Origin: Candidatus Omnitrophota bacterium
GTDB lineage: Bacteria; Omnitrophota; Gorgyraeia; 2-01-FULL-45-10
Reading direction: 5' to 3'
Length of the DNA: 64,000 nucleotides
Assembly (NCBI GenBank): GCA_003142795.1
Contig: PLNN01000017.1
Coordinates: 512-64,511 of the forward strand
The first letter of the stretch is position 1, and each line of letters begins with the position of its first letter. The position numbers were made by a program, and so were the translations under genes. Below the pieces are notes generated by a model. That model was not told the origin of the DNA, searched no databases, and saw only the letters and a program-made list of their open reading frames with translations. Shown here piece after piece: positions 47,522 through 57,050 of this stretch.

Positions 47522-48416
47522 CTGGTAGATACTCTTTTAATGCGTCTTTCCAATCACGCAATTTATAGCCGGTAAATCCTGCAAATTTTGAATTATCTAA
47601 TATCGACATCGCCGGCCGTTCTGCAGGCCTGTCCAGCTCCTTCGACGAAATAGCGATAACTTCCGTTTTAGAGCCGCTCAATCTTAATATCTCTTTCGCG
47701 TATCCATACCACGATACGCTTCCCGAATTCGACACATGGTACGTTCCGTAACCCGTAACTTTATCTAACAATGTATGTATCGCTTTCGCCAAGTCAACCG
47801 TATACGTCGGCGAACCGACCTGACCATCAACGACTTTTAATACTTTTTCGGTTTTTGCTTTAGCGATTATCGTATCGACAAAATTTTTGCCGTGTTTTCC
47901 ATATAGCCAGCTCGTGCGAAGTATGAAATATTCTTCTGCCTCTTTTTTTATCGCTTCTTCGCCTTTTAATTTTGAATCGCCGTATACGCTCAAGGGGCTG
48001 GGCTTATCTTCTTCCGTATAAGGAGCTCTCTTTTTTCCATCAAAGATAAAATCCGTGCTGATATGTATCAATACCGCGCCGGCGCTCCTGCATGCCCCAG
48101 CCACGTTCCCCGCGCCTTCGGCATTTATTTTATATGCTTTTTCACCGGCCGACTCGCATCCGTCGACATCCGTCATCGCCGCAGTGTGTATGACAACATC
48201 GGGCTTTACCAGTGCTATTATTTTTGCGATCGCTTCTCTGTTGGTTATGTCACTCTTGAAGAAACTCGTGACTCGTGACGTGTGACTTGTAAGCAAATCG
48301 GTTCCGATTATCTCACAGTCTTCCGCCAGCTCCTGACAAAGATCGATCCCAAGCATGCCGCTTGAGCCCGTTATTAGTATTTTATTTCTTTCCGGCATTT
48401 GATCAGTTTCTTCCAC
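47511..48416 (-). CDS. rmlD: dTDP-4-dehydrorhamnose reductase
   Basis: 301 aa. ILITGSSGMLG; YGDSK. Position follows rmlB. Confidence 0.75.
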   Translation of the reverse strand: MEETDQMPERNKILITGSSGMLGIDLCQELAEDCEIIGTDLLTSHTSRVTSFFKSDITNREAIAKIIALVKPDVVIHTAAMTDVDGCESAGEKAYKINAEGAGNVAGACRSAGAVLIHISTDFIFDGKKRAPYTEEDKPSPLSVYGDSKLKGEEAIKKEAEEYFILRTSWLYGKHGKNFVDTIIAKAKTEKVLKVVDGQVGSPTYTVDLAKAIHTLLDKVTGYGTYHVSNSGSVSWYGYAKEILRLSGSKTEVIAISSKELDRPAERPAMSILDNSKFAGFTGYKLRDWKDALKEYLPGDQ

Positions 48417-49354
48417 CAGGGCTCGTTTCGTTCATACCATTCTACGGTCAGCTCTAACGCCGACCTGAAATCATGCCTTGGTTGCCATCCGAGTTTTTTC
48501 AGCTTTGCTATGTCAAGAGAGTATCTCTTGTCATGCCCGGGCCTGTCTTTAACAAATTCTATGAGAGAGCGCGACTTACCGAGAATACCCAATACTGTAT
48601 GCGTCAGTTCAAGATTCGTTATTTCGCTGCCCGCGCCTATATTATAGACCTCTCCCGGCGTTCCTTTCCGGATAACGGCATCGATGGCTTCGCAATTATC
48701 TTCGACGAACAGCCAATCCCGGACATTCATCCCGTCCGCGTAGAGAGGTAACTTTTTATTCCGGAGGGCATTCGTTATAAAGAACGGTATCACTTTTTCC
48801 GGATATTGGTAAGGCCCGAAATTGTTCGAGCTTCTCGTTATTATGACGGGCAATTTATATGTTATGTAATAGGACCTGGCCAAGAGATCCGCGCCGGCCT
48901 TTGTCGCTGAATACGGGCTGTTCGGCTTAAGAGGATCGCCTTCCTTGAACGAACCCTCGATTATACTCCCGTAGACCTCATCGGTAGATATCTGGATGAA
49001 TAATCCGGTACCGTGCTTTTTAGCCGCTTCAAGCAGGGTATGGGTGCCGAAGACATTCGTCCTGACAAAAGAAGCGGGATCGCTTATCGACCGGTCGACA
49101 TGCGTCTCTGCGGCGAAATTTACTACGATATCGCTCTTTGCGACAAGGCTATTGACCACTTTTGAGTCTGTAATGTCGCCCTTTACGAATTTATATCTTT
49201 TATTCCCGGCGCAATCTTTCAGGTTATCGAGATTGCCGCAGTAAGTGAGTTTATCGAGATTGGTAACGAAATAATCATCATGCTTACCAAGGACCTGCCG
49301 AATAAAATTGGAGCCTATGAAACCGGCTCCGCCCGTGACAAGTAGCTTTTTCAT
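48374..49354 (-). CDS. rmlB: dTDP-glucose 4,6-dehydratase
   Basis: [17 protein letters not shown]. The start was chosen at the internal Met that forms an ATGA overlap with the rmlA stop. The tracked ORF extends to 49438. Confidence 0.8.
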   Translation of the reverse strand: MKKLLVTGGAGFIGSNFIRQVLGKHDDYFVTNLDKLTYCGNLDNLKDCAGNKRYKFVKGDITDSKVVNSLVAKSDIVVNFAAETHVDRSISDPASFVRTNVFGTHTLLEAAKKHGTGLFIQISTDEVYGSIIEGSFKEGDPLKPNSPYSATKAGADLLARSYYITYKLPVIITRSSNNFGPYQYPEKVIPFFITNALRNKKLPLYADGMNVRDWLFVEDNCEAIDAVIRKGTPGEVYNIGAGSEITNLELTHTVLGILGKSRSLIEFVKDRPGHDKRYSLDIAKLKKLGWQPRHDFRSALELTVEWYERNEPWWKKLIKCRKEIKY

Positions 49355-50091
49355 TTGCATCCTGACCTTTGTTCCATTTTTGCTACAAGATTGTTCGCCC
49401 GCAATAACGAATCGAACGTCCCCGAATCGGTCCACCATCCGTTGAGTATGCTGTATGTAAGCTCGCCCCTTTTAAGATACGCATTATTTACATCCGTTAT
49501 CTCGAGCTCGCCCCTTCCGGACGGCCTCAATGTCTTTATTATATCGAATACCTGGTTGTCATACATATATATGCCGGTCACGGCATAATTGGATCTCGGC
49601 TTTCTTGGTTTTTCCACGATCGATATGATCTTTTTATCTTTCAATTCCGCGACGCCGAACCTCTCCGGATCTTCCACTTCTTTCAATAGTATCCGCGCGC
49701 CTCTCGGCTGGTCCCTGAATTCATCCACGGATTTTTTTATGCTCTTTTCGATTATATTGTCGCCGAGGATAACAACGATCTTATCCTTATCGACAAAATG
49801 CCTGGCAAGCTTCAACGCATCCGCTATGCCGCCCTCGCCTTCCTGATACGTATAATTTATGTGTTTGAGCCCGAACTGCGCGCCGTTACCGAGAAGCCTT
49901 AAGAATTCTCCGGCATGCATACCGCCCGTTACGATAAGTATGTCCTGTATGCCTGCGTCCACCAGTGTCTGTATGGGATAATAGATCATCGGCTTGCAAT
50001 AGATCGGCAATAAGTGCTTGTTCGTTATTTTAGTCAACGGATAAAGCCTTTTGCCCAAGCCGCCCGCCAGTATAACGCCCTTCAGTCCCAT
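49351..50091 (-). CDS. rmlA: glucose-1-phosphate thymidylyltransferase (short form)
   Basis: 246 aa. GVILAGGLGKRLYPLT nucleotidyltransferase motif. Confidence 0.7.
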   Translation of the reverse strand: MGLKGVILAGGLGKRLYPLTKITNKHLLPIYCKPMIYYPIQTLVDAGIQDILIVTGGMHAGEFLRLLGNGAQFGLKHINYTYQEGEGGIADALKLARHFVDKDKIVVILGDNIIEKSIKKSVDEFRDQPRGARILLKEVEDPERFGVAELKDKKIISIVEKPRKPRSNYAVTGIYMYDNQVFDIIKTLRPSGRGELEITDVNNAYLKRGELTYSILNGWWTDSGTFDSLLRANNLVAKMEQRSGCK

Positions 50092-50094
50092 ATT

Positions 50095-50541
50095 TTATTT
50101 TCTCCAATCGTATGGTATGTCATTATCATATTCATCAAGCCTGAACTCGTCGGGCTCTTTGTAATTATACGGTAAGGTCACCGTATTTATAACGACCGCT
50201 TCGCAGTCGCTGATACATTTGAAACCGTGATAAACCAGTTTCGGTATGGTGACCACCATGGGGTCTTCGAGGCTTATAATAAAATCATTCACCTCTTTGT
50301 ATGTGGGAGACTTCGGCCGCGCGTCATAAAGGGCAAGCCTCATCTTCCCGCTGATGCATGTAAAATTGTCGTCCTGTTTTTTATGATAGTGCCAGGCTTT
50401 TACCACCCCGGGATAAGCGGTGGTCATGTAGACCTGGCCGAATTTTTTGAAAGCCTCATCGTCAGACCTCAATATCTCCATGAGCCTGCCGCGCTCATCG
50501 GGGATGATCTTTAGTTTTTTGACTTTCACGCCCTCTATCAT
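50095..50541 (-). CDS. rmlC: dTDP-4-dehydrorhamnose 3,5-epimerase (short cupin form)
   Basis: 148 aa cupin with ERGRLME and HYHKKQ motifs. Sits in the rml operon. Confidence 0.7.
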   Translation of the reverse strand: MIEGVKVKKLKIIPDERGRLMEILRSDDEAFKKFGQVYMTTAYPGVVKAWHYHKKQDDNFTCISGKMRLALYDARPKSPTYKEVNDFIISLEDPMVVTIPKLVYHGFKCISDCEAVVINTVTLPYNYKEPDEFRLDEYDNDIPYDWRK

Positions 50542-50543
50542 CT

Positions 50544-51848
50544 TTACCGCCTTCCCATCCCGGCATACCTGAAACCCAGCTTCTTCATCTCCGCGGGATC
50601 ATAGATATTCCGGCCGTCGACTATGACCGGCTGCTTCATGAGTTTCTTTATCTTTTTGAAATCCAGCTCCTTGAACTCGTTCCATTCGGTAACTGCTACC
50701 AGGCAGTCGCTGTGCCTGGCTACGCTATATGCATCTTTACAAAATTCTATATCCTTGCCGAGCGCGGACAACGCGGCCTTTGCCTTATCCATGGCAGCCG
50801 GATCATAAACTTTTATCCTGGCGCCCTCCCTGTGCAGCATCTCGATTATGCCAAGCGCCGGCGCCTCTCTTATATCGTCCGTATCGGGCTTGAAGGCCAG
50901 CCCCAGGATGCCGATCGTCTTATTCGGAAGGTTCCAGAGAAGCTCCTCTATTTTCTTTACCAGGATCTTTTTCTGATGATCATTTATCTTCTGGACCTCT
51001 TTCAATAAACCAAAATCATACCCTATCTTATCCGCTATCCTCACGAATGCCGACAGGTCTTTCGGAAAGCACGACCCGCCGAATCCGATGCCGGCGTTGA
51101 GGAACTCTTTCCCTATCCTTCTATCAAGGCCTATGCCCCTGGAAACCTCGGTGATGTCGGCGCCTACCTTATCGCAAATATCTGACACCGCATTTATGAA
51201 AGATATTTTAGTGGCGAGGAACGAATTTGAAGCATGTTTTATTATCTCGGCCGATTTTATATCCGTAACCACTATCGGCGCGTTAAGCGGCTTGTAAAGT
51301 TCTTTTAATATGTCAGCGGCCTTTTTCGATTTGACGCCCACGACTATCCTGTCCGGGTTCATAAAATCTTTTATGGCTGACCCTTCCCGCAGGAATTCCG
51401 GATTGGACGCGACATCGAACTTTATATTGCGTTTATTGAAAACTTTTATGGTGTGCTCCACCCATTCGCCGGTGTTAACGGGGACGGTGGATTTTTCAAC
51501 GATAAGGCGGTATGACGACATAGAAAGCGCTATTTCGCGCGAAACATGCTCGACGAAGGTGAGGTCTGCTTCTCCATTATCCCGGGAGGGTGTCCCGACA
51601 GCAATGAATATAACCTCGCACTTTCGGATCGCGCTTCCTATCTTCGTATCGAAAGAGAGCCGCTTCTCTTTCATATTTCGCCTGACAAGCTCTTCCAGAC
51701 CGGGTTCGTATATAGGTATCACCCCGGATTTAAGCTTCTTGATCTTGGCGGCGTCTTTATCGACACATATGACATTATTCCCAAGGCTGGCAAAGCAAGC
51801 GCCGCTTACCAGGCCTACATATCCGGAACCTATTATGCATATATTCAT
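50544..51848 (-). CDS. ugd: UDP-glucose 6-dehydrogenase
   Basis: 434 aa. ICIIGSGYVGLVSG; GFGGSCFPKD catalytic Cys. Confidence 0.8.
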   Translation of the reverse strand: MNICIIGSGYVGLVSGACFASLGNNVICVDKDAAKIKKLKSGVIPIYEPGLEELVRRNMKEKRLSFDTKIGSAIRKCEVIFIAVGTPSRDNGEADLTFVEHVSREIALSMSSYRLIVEKSTVPVNTGEWVEHTIKVFNKRNIKFDVASNPEFLREGSAIKDFMNPDRIVVGVKSKKAADILKELYKPLNAPIVVTDIKSAEIIKHASNSFLATKISFINAVSDICDKVGADITEVSRGIGLDRRIGKEFLNAGIGFGGSCFPKDLSAFVRIADKIGYDFGLLKEVQKINDHQKKILVKKIEELLWNLPNKTIGILGLAFKPDTDDIREAPALGIIEMLHREGARIKVYDPAAMDKAKAALSALGKDIEFCKDAYSVARHSDCLVAVTEWNEFKELDFKKIKKLMKQPVIVDGRNIYDPAEMKKLGFRYAGMGRR

Positions 51849-51872
51849 CCGTAACCCCTTCTAATTCATAAA

Positions 51873-51902
51873 ATTATATCATAATATTACTATTAAGGAC
51901 AA
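51873..51902 (-). promoter_or_regulatory. sigma70-like promoter for the ugd-rml-UDP-sugar operon
   Basis: Minus strand: -35 TTGTCC (51897-51902), 18-nt spacer, -10 TATAAT (51873-51878). GAAGGGG RBS, then ATG at 51848. Confidence 0.4.
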
Positions 51903-51923
51903 GAGAAAAAAGGAGCTTAAAAA

Positions 51924-51980
51924 TAGGGACACATCCCATTTTTTCTAAATCTCTCTGGTAAAAAATGGGATGTGTCCCTA
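51924..51980. terminator. bidirectional rho-independent terminator (perfect 20-bp inverted repeat)
   Basis: TAGGGACACATCCCATTTTT (51924-51943) and its exact reverse complement (51961-51980), with a 17-nt loop. T-runs follow the stem on both strands. Lies 10 nt after the lptD stop. Confidence 0.6.
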
Positions 51981-51990
51981 TTTTCATGGT

Positions 51991-54186
51991 TTAATAGGCC
52001 TGGCGATCGCTCGTTGAGCCGAAACGCGGCCGTGAATATGTCTGTTTCAAGCCTATAGGATACTCCGGGAAGGCTTTTAACCGCAGCATGAACCATACGG
52101 ACTGGTTCAAGGACTGCTCCCCTGCAGTATCTTTTATATTATAAGTGAATTCGGCGATCCAGCAGTGAAGATCCCTATAGATCGTATATTCCTGTTCTTC
52201 GACGATCTTTGTTTCCGCATTCAATCTTTCATAAGCGCGTATCCGCCACTTATTATTTATCTTATACATGCCGTCCAGCGTAAAAAGCTTCGTGCTGCCG
52301 GTAGTAGTGTTCTCATACCTCTGGCCGATAGCTACCTGCCATTTATCGCCTCCGTTCGCCACCAGGTCCGTCCCGAGGCTCGCCATCGTGTTTTTCTGGG
52401 TATTGACTGTCATATTAGAAAGAAGATACATCCAGGGATATGGGATCAGCTCCAATTGGACCAGTATATCGTCCAGGTGGTTAGTTCTCGTATCCAAGTT
52501 ATCTCTATTAAGCTTGAAAAGATAATCTGTGCTTATAAGCAAAGTGGCCAGGTCTACGGACTGTTCCTGATTGCCTGTCTTGCGCTTGGTCTGCAGCCTG
52601 TTCTCCAGCGAAATGTTCACGCCGTCCCTGGAATTAACTGCGTCTATCGTGTCGAATTGCATCAGACGGTCTGGCGAGATCGACGGCCGGTATGTATAAA
52701 AATAACCTACCGTCGGAGTGATTATATGCCTCAGCTTATTTATATCAAGTCCGAGAAAATTTGTTTGGACATCATATACGCGGTAAAACTTTATAGAATT
52801 ATCGACGCCGGCATTAAAGACCGTTCTTACGAAGTTGGTGTCGCCGTCTTTGGACCTGGAATAGTATGTATCCTCCGTGCCGACGAACGGCGTAACGTTC
52901 AAGGCGCGAAAGAATCTCATGGCGTAAGAAAGCTGGTTATAAACGTCAACCCTGGCAACGGACAAGTCTTTTTGGAATTGAGTGGTATTGTCAAAAGTCT
53001 CGTTCAGATAGACGGCGCTGGCGTTGGCTTTATAATAAAGGGGCACCTTTTCAAAAAACCGGTAATTGGGAATATCTATACTGTATTCGGGCAGGCGCTC
53101 TACTACGGTCAGAAAAGGATTGGGATTTGCCCTGATGAGGAGCTCGGTAGTATAATCTCTTTTTTGTGTCAGAAAAGATACATAAGTATCGGGGTTGGCG
53201 CCGATCTCTTCGTATTCATTGTAGAAATAATCTTTTATGACATCCCTATCCTTGAGTTTATTAAATTCCGCTATCGCAAGCGTATCCTCATCCACCTGCC
53301 ATTTGTGCCGCCATTGATAGCGATATCTTGTCTGCTCCGTGCCGGTCTTTTCGTATGCCAGCTCATTATTCTCTCTCGTATAGTATACTTTAAAAGCGCC
53401 CTCACCCAGCTCCGGTATTTTATAATAATGGTTTACCCCCGCTGCCAGGCCTTTCTTCGACCTGTAATCCAAAAGTACATCGCCGCGGTTATTATCATCA
53501 ATATTATATCTGTAAGACATTAACGAATAGTACCCCCAATCCGAGCTGTGCCCGGGCATGATGGTTATGTGCGCTTTTTGGTCTTTAAGAGGTTGGATAT
53601 AATAGGGCCAGTAAAATACCGGGGTATTGCCAATGAAAAGCACCATATGTTTAGCCACCACTTTGTCGCCCAGATAGATGCGCACCTCACGCGCCTGTAA
53701 ACGATAGTGCGGCTTATCGAGATCACATGTCGTGATATAGCCTTTTTCGAGATTGAACTGTTCCTTAGTCGCGATCTTGTCGACCTCTTCGGCCTTTCCG
53801 TAGAACGGCTTCGCATTAATATACCCTTGCAGGACAGTCCCTTTTTTCGTGTCAAAATTATAATTTATCCGCTCTCCCGTGAAATACGCGCCCTTCTGGG
53901 TGACCTTTACATTTCCTTCGGCGATCGCCTCGCGCGTATCCAGGTAGACCTTTATCCTGTCGCATGTCAGTACTACGTCTTTATATATAATAGAGATATT
54001 CCCGGTGCCGATAACCTGTCTTTGTTCATGGAAATATTCGACTTTATCCCCGTTGACAACGATCGGTTCTTTAGAAGGAAGCTCGGTAGGTAGCTGCTCC
54101 TGGGCGCAGGAAAACTGGGAAAACAATATCATCAAGCTGAAGGCTGAAAGCTGAAGACTGAAAGCTATTTTACTTTTTAGGGACAT
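51991..54186 (-). CDS. lptD: LPS-assembly outer-membrane protein LptD
   Basis: 731 aa. Signal peptide; N-terminal OstA/LptA-like beta-jellyroll (GDKVEY..GNVKVTQ); large C-terminal beta-barrel. Confidence 0.7.
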   Translation of the reverse strand: MSLKSKIAFSLQLSAFSLMILFSQFSCAQEQLPTELPSKEPIVVNGDKVEYFHEQRQVIGTGNISIIYKDVVLTCDRIKVYLDTREAIAEGNVKVTQKGAYFTGERINYNFDTKKGTVLQGYINAKPFYGKAEEVDKIATKEQFNLEKGYITTCDLDKPHYRLQAREVRIYLGDKVVAKHMVLFIGNTPVFYWPYYIQPLKDQKAHITIMPGHSSDWGYYSLMSYRYNIDDNNRGDVLLDYRSKKGLAAGVNHYYKIPELGEGAFKVYYTRENNELAYEKTGTEQTRYRYQWRHKWQVDEDTLAIAEFNKLKDRDVIKDYFYNEYEEIGANPDTYVSFLTQKRDYTTELLIRANPNPFLTVVERLPEYSIDIPNYRFFEKVPLYYKANASAVYLNETFDNTTQFQKDLSVARVDVYNQLSYAMRFFRALNVTPFVGTEDTYYSRSKDGDTNFVRTVFNAGVDNSIKFYRVYDVQTNFLGLDINKLRHIITPTVGYFYTYRPSISPDRLMQFDTIDAVNSRDGVNISLENRLQTKRKTGNQEQSVDLATLLISTDYLFKLNRDNLDTRTNHLDDILVQLELIPYPWMYLLSNMTVNTQKNTMASLGTDLVANGGDKWQVAIGQRYENTTTGSTKLFTLDGMYKINNKWRIRAYERLNAETKIVEEQEYTIYRDLHCWIAEFTYNIKDTAGEQSLNQSVWFMLRLKAFPEYPIGLKQTYSRPRFGSTSDRQAY

Positions 54187-54231
54187 TCTGCCGATCTTTC
54201 TCTATGAATAATTTCATTAGGCGATATTATA

Positions 54232-55620
54232 CTACTTCTCGTATTCACATACAACATTTTTACCCGATTTTTTCGCCATATATAGCGCCCTGTCCGCCTT
54301 CTCCACCAGGTCTTTCATCTTATCCCCGTCTCCGGGATATACCGAGATGCCGATACTTATAGTGATCCGCACCTTCTCGTCGTACGCCCTGAAGACATTA
54401 TCTTCTATTCTCTTCCTTATTCTTTCCGCAACAAGATTCGCGCCGTCAATGCCCGTCTCAGGCAGCATCAGCGCGAACTCTTCGCCCCCGTATCTTGACA
54501 CCAGGTCTATCTCACGGACGCTCTCTTTCATCATCCGGCCGATATCACGCAGGATCACGTCGCCTACGAGGTGGCCGTAAGTATCATTGCATTGTTTGAA
54601 ATTGTCTATATCGGCCATCAGGAAGGCGAATTTGAATTTATACCTTTTCGACCTCTGCGCTTCTTCATTCAGCCTTTCGAAAAAGTAGCGGCGCGCGTAA
54701 AGCCCGGTGAGAGAATCGGTTATTGCCAGTTTTTCCACCGTTTCATACAAGAATATCTTTTTTGTCTCAAGAGCGAATTGCATCGCCAGTATCCTGAATT
54801 TTTCGATGTCCGCGTCGGGCAGATTTTCGATAACCAGGACAGCCACAAGTTTTTTTTCATTCAAAAGCGGTATCGCTATAAGCGATACGATGTCGGGGTC
54901 TTTAATGCCGAACCCCTCAAAGCCGCCCCCTGCCGTATCTCGCGAAATATACAACTCCCCGGGGTCGTTCAGTAAGCGCCGGACAAGATTATCATAACTA
55001 TAGCTGACTGCGGATTCTTCTATTATGCCTTCCTGCAGCACGCTGTAGACGCTGGCTATCTTCTGTTCCTCTTCTTCCCGGTTCAATATTACGAAATCGC
55101 ATCTCTTAAATATAAAATTCTCTTTCAGGAAGGAGCTGAAGACCTTAAAGATATCGCTGAACGTAAGGCTGACCGACATCTTTTTGGTAATAAGATAAAG
55201 ATTGACTGTGGCGAGCTCTCTGTCTCTTGTATCAGTTTCGATCTTTCTCAAATTCTCCGATTCGGCCAGGAGGCTTCTTGCCTTCTCTTCCTCTTTTCTT
55301 ACATCCAGGGCGCGGACGCCCATTTCTTTATCTATTATTTTCTTATAAGCAAAAAAACCGAATAAGAGACAGTTAAAAATAAATACCGGAAGGAATGAAT
55401 TCAGCATGCCGATCTTGTACGTGAATATACCGAGCGGGAATATAACAACCCATGAGAACATGGCCATCAGATACACGGGGCGTCCGGGGTAAATATAACC
55501 GAGCGGCGAGATGAGAAGCAAAAAGACGTTTATGTACCCGTAAAAAAAATGATACCGGAGACAAAGAAGGTTGAACAGGAAAAAAGCCGCCACGCTCAAG
55601 GTAGCATATAGTCTTTTCAT
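54232..55620 (-). CDS. membrane-anchored GGDEF diguanylate cyclase (GGEEF active site)
   Basis: 462 aa. 4-5 N-terminal TM helices; GAF-like linker; RYGGEEF. RxxD I-site not checked. Confidence 0.7.
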   Translation of the reverse strand: MKRLYATLSVAAFFLFNLLCLRYHFFYGYINVFLLLISPLGYIYPGRPVYLMAMFSWVVIFPLGIFTYKIGMLNSFLPVFIFNCLLFGFFAYKKIIDKEMGVRALDVRKEEEKARSLLAESENLRKIETDTRDRELATVNLYLITKKMSVSLTFSDIFKVFSSFLKENFIFKRCDFVILNREEEEQKIASVYSVLQEGIIEESAVSYSYDNLVRRLLNDPGELYISRDTAGGGFEGFGIKDPDIVSLIAIPLLNEKKLVAVLVIENLPDADIEKFRILAMQFALETKKIFLYETVEKLAITDSLTGLYARRYFFERLNEEAQRSKRYKFKFAFLMADIDNFKQCNDTYGHLVGDVILRDIGRMMKESVREIDLVSRYGGEEFALMLPETGIDGANLVAERIRKRIEDNVFRAYDEKVRITISIGISVYPGDGDKMKDLVEKADRALYMAKKSGKNVVCEYEK

Positions 55621-57044
55621 GACGAACAGACCCTGTCCCTTCCGCCCTTTTTAGCCTTGTAGAGCCTCTTATCCGCCAGCTTCATCAATTCTTCCTCGAG
55701 AACGCCGTCCTCGGGATAACCGGCAAGGCCTATCGATATCGTAATATTCGCGACGTGCCTTCTGAAGCTGAGAGGCTTCTCTTTTATCGTCTTCCTGAAT
55801 TCTTCGGCCTCGCTCGCGGCATCTTTTTTATTCCGGCCGACGAGCAGGATTATCAGCTCCTCGCCGCCGTATCGCGCCACCATATCGCCTCCGCGCACCA
55901 GGCCGTTCAAGGTTCTTGACAGATACCTGAGGACCAGGTCCCCGGCCGCATGGCCGTATTCATCATTATAATTTTTAAAGTTATCGATATCCAGTATGAG
56001 AAGGGCCAGCTCCCCTTTCTTCATGGCCGCCCTCTGCACTTCTTCGTGAAAGCGCTCGGAAAAATATCTGCGGACAAAAAGGCCCGTAAGGGAATCTTTT
56101 ATCGCGAGCTCCTGTGTCTTCGAATAAAGGATGGCATTCTCTACAGCCGCGGCGCCAAGATCGGCTAATATATCGAGAAGCCTCAGGTCGTCCTGGCTGT
56201 AAGCGTCTTCCCGGAGAGAGTCCATCCTGAGTATGCCGATAACCTTGTTTTCGGAAAGAAGCGGCGCCGCTATCAAAGTCCTGAAGGCCTTTTCCGCCTT
56301 TTTCAAACCGCCGGTAGGAAATCTGAAATCTTTCGCGATGTCCTCCACCATTAACGATTGGCGGTGCCTCAATATCCAGTGGTCGAATATGTCACCCGTC
56401 TTCGTCATGACCTTCAGGTCGCCGTAAGAGGCGGAAAGTTTCAGCTCCTGTCTTTCGGTATCGACCAAAAATAGCATGACCCTGCCCGGCCTGCCGAGGA
56501 TCTTCGATGTTTCCTCTATCATAAGCCTGTTTATCTCGTCCAGAGAAAGGTGCGTGCTCACAAGCCCGACAACCTCTTTCAGGGTCGAATATCGTTTCAG
56601 CTTTTCTTCAAGGGAATCGATCCCCGCCTTCCTGGATTTTATATCATTGGACAGGATGTTCACCTTCTCGTTCAGTTTTTCCGATCTGAGATTATACCAA
56701 TATTCGACGCGGTTCCCGGCCTTGCGGGACCAGAATCCCATAAAAATTGTCATGAAAAAAGGCAGGATGAATAAGGAATATCCGTGAGCGCCCGATCTGA
56801 GATCGAGCCATAGAACTATGAGGATGCAGGCGATACTTATCGGGATGCTCCATAAGATATCGAACGCCATCCAGGCGAAAAGTATGGCTATGTTAAAACC
56901 GGATACTATTGCGGGTATTATGGTCAGGTAAAACTGGGGGTTTGATTCTATGCGAAACGAGAACTTCGCTAAAAAATACGATGAGACCGCTAAGGTTAAT
57001 ACAGAAGCGGCGCCTAGAACAGATCTGTTAGGAGGAGATCTCAT
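55617..57044 (-). CDS. membrane-anchored GAF-GGDEF protein with variant GGEEL motif
   Basis: 475 aa. 5 TM helices; RYGGEELIILL in place of the canonical GG(D/E)EF. 4-nt overlap with the downstream DGC. Confidence 0.65.
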   Translation of the reverse strand: MRSPPNRSVLGAASVLTLAVSSYFLAKFSFRIESNPQFYLTIIPAIVSGFNIAILFAWMAFDILWSIPISIACILIVLWLDLRSGAHGYSLFILPFFMTIFMGFWSRKAGNRVEYWYNLRSEKLNEKVNILSNDIKSRKAGIDSLEEKLKRYSTLKEVVGLVSTHLSLDEINRLMIEETSKILGRPGRVMLFLVDTERQELKLSASYGDLKVMTKTGDIFDHWILRHRQSLMVEDIAKDFRFPTGGLKKAEKAFRTLIAAPLLSENKVIGILRMDSLREDAYSQDDLRLLDILADLGAAAVENAILYSKTQELAIKDSLTGLFVRRYFSERFHEEVQRAAMKKGELALLILDIDNFKNYNDEYGHAAGDLVLRYLSRTLNGLVRGGDMVARYGGEELIILLVGRNKKDAASEAEEFRKTIKEKPLSFRRHVANITISIGLAGYPEDGVLEEELMKLADKRLYKAKKGGRDRVCSS

Positions 57045-57050
57045 TCACAA

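Noticed and set aside
52165-53523. 452-aa plus-strand ORF (and other ORFs over 100 aa, e.g. 4264-4698, 6389-6772, 10711-11145, 58212-58877) antisense to annotated genes
   Set aside because: They lie entirely inside strongly supported genes on the opposite strand (lptD, ABC exporter, rSAM, pseI, accD). Their composition is low-complexity and Ile/Leu/Arg-rich, and they show no recognisable motifs. They are treated as spurious shadow ORFs.
54115-54175. Short tandem GCTGAA(A/G)G repeats that could be mistaken for a repeat array
   Set aside because: They lie within the lptD signal-peptide coding region (encoding SFQLSAFSL) and are only 4 irregular units. This is not CRISPR-like, and there are no spacers.
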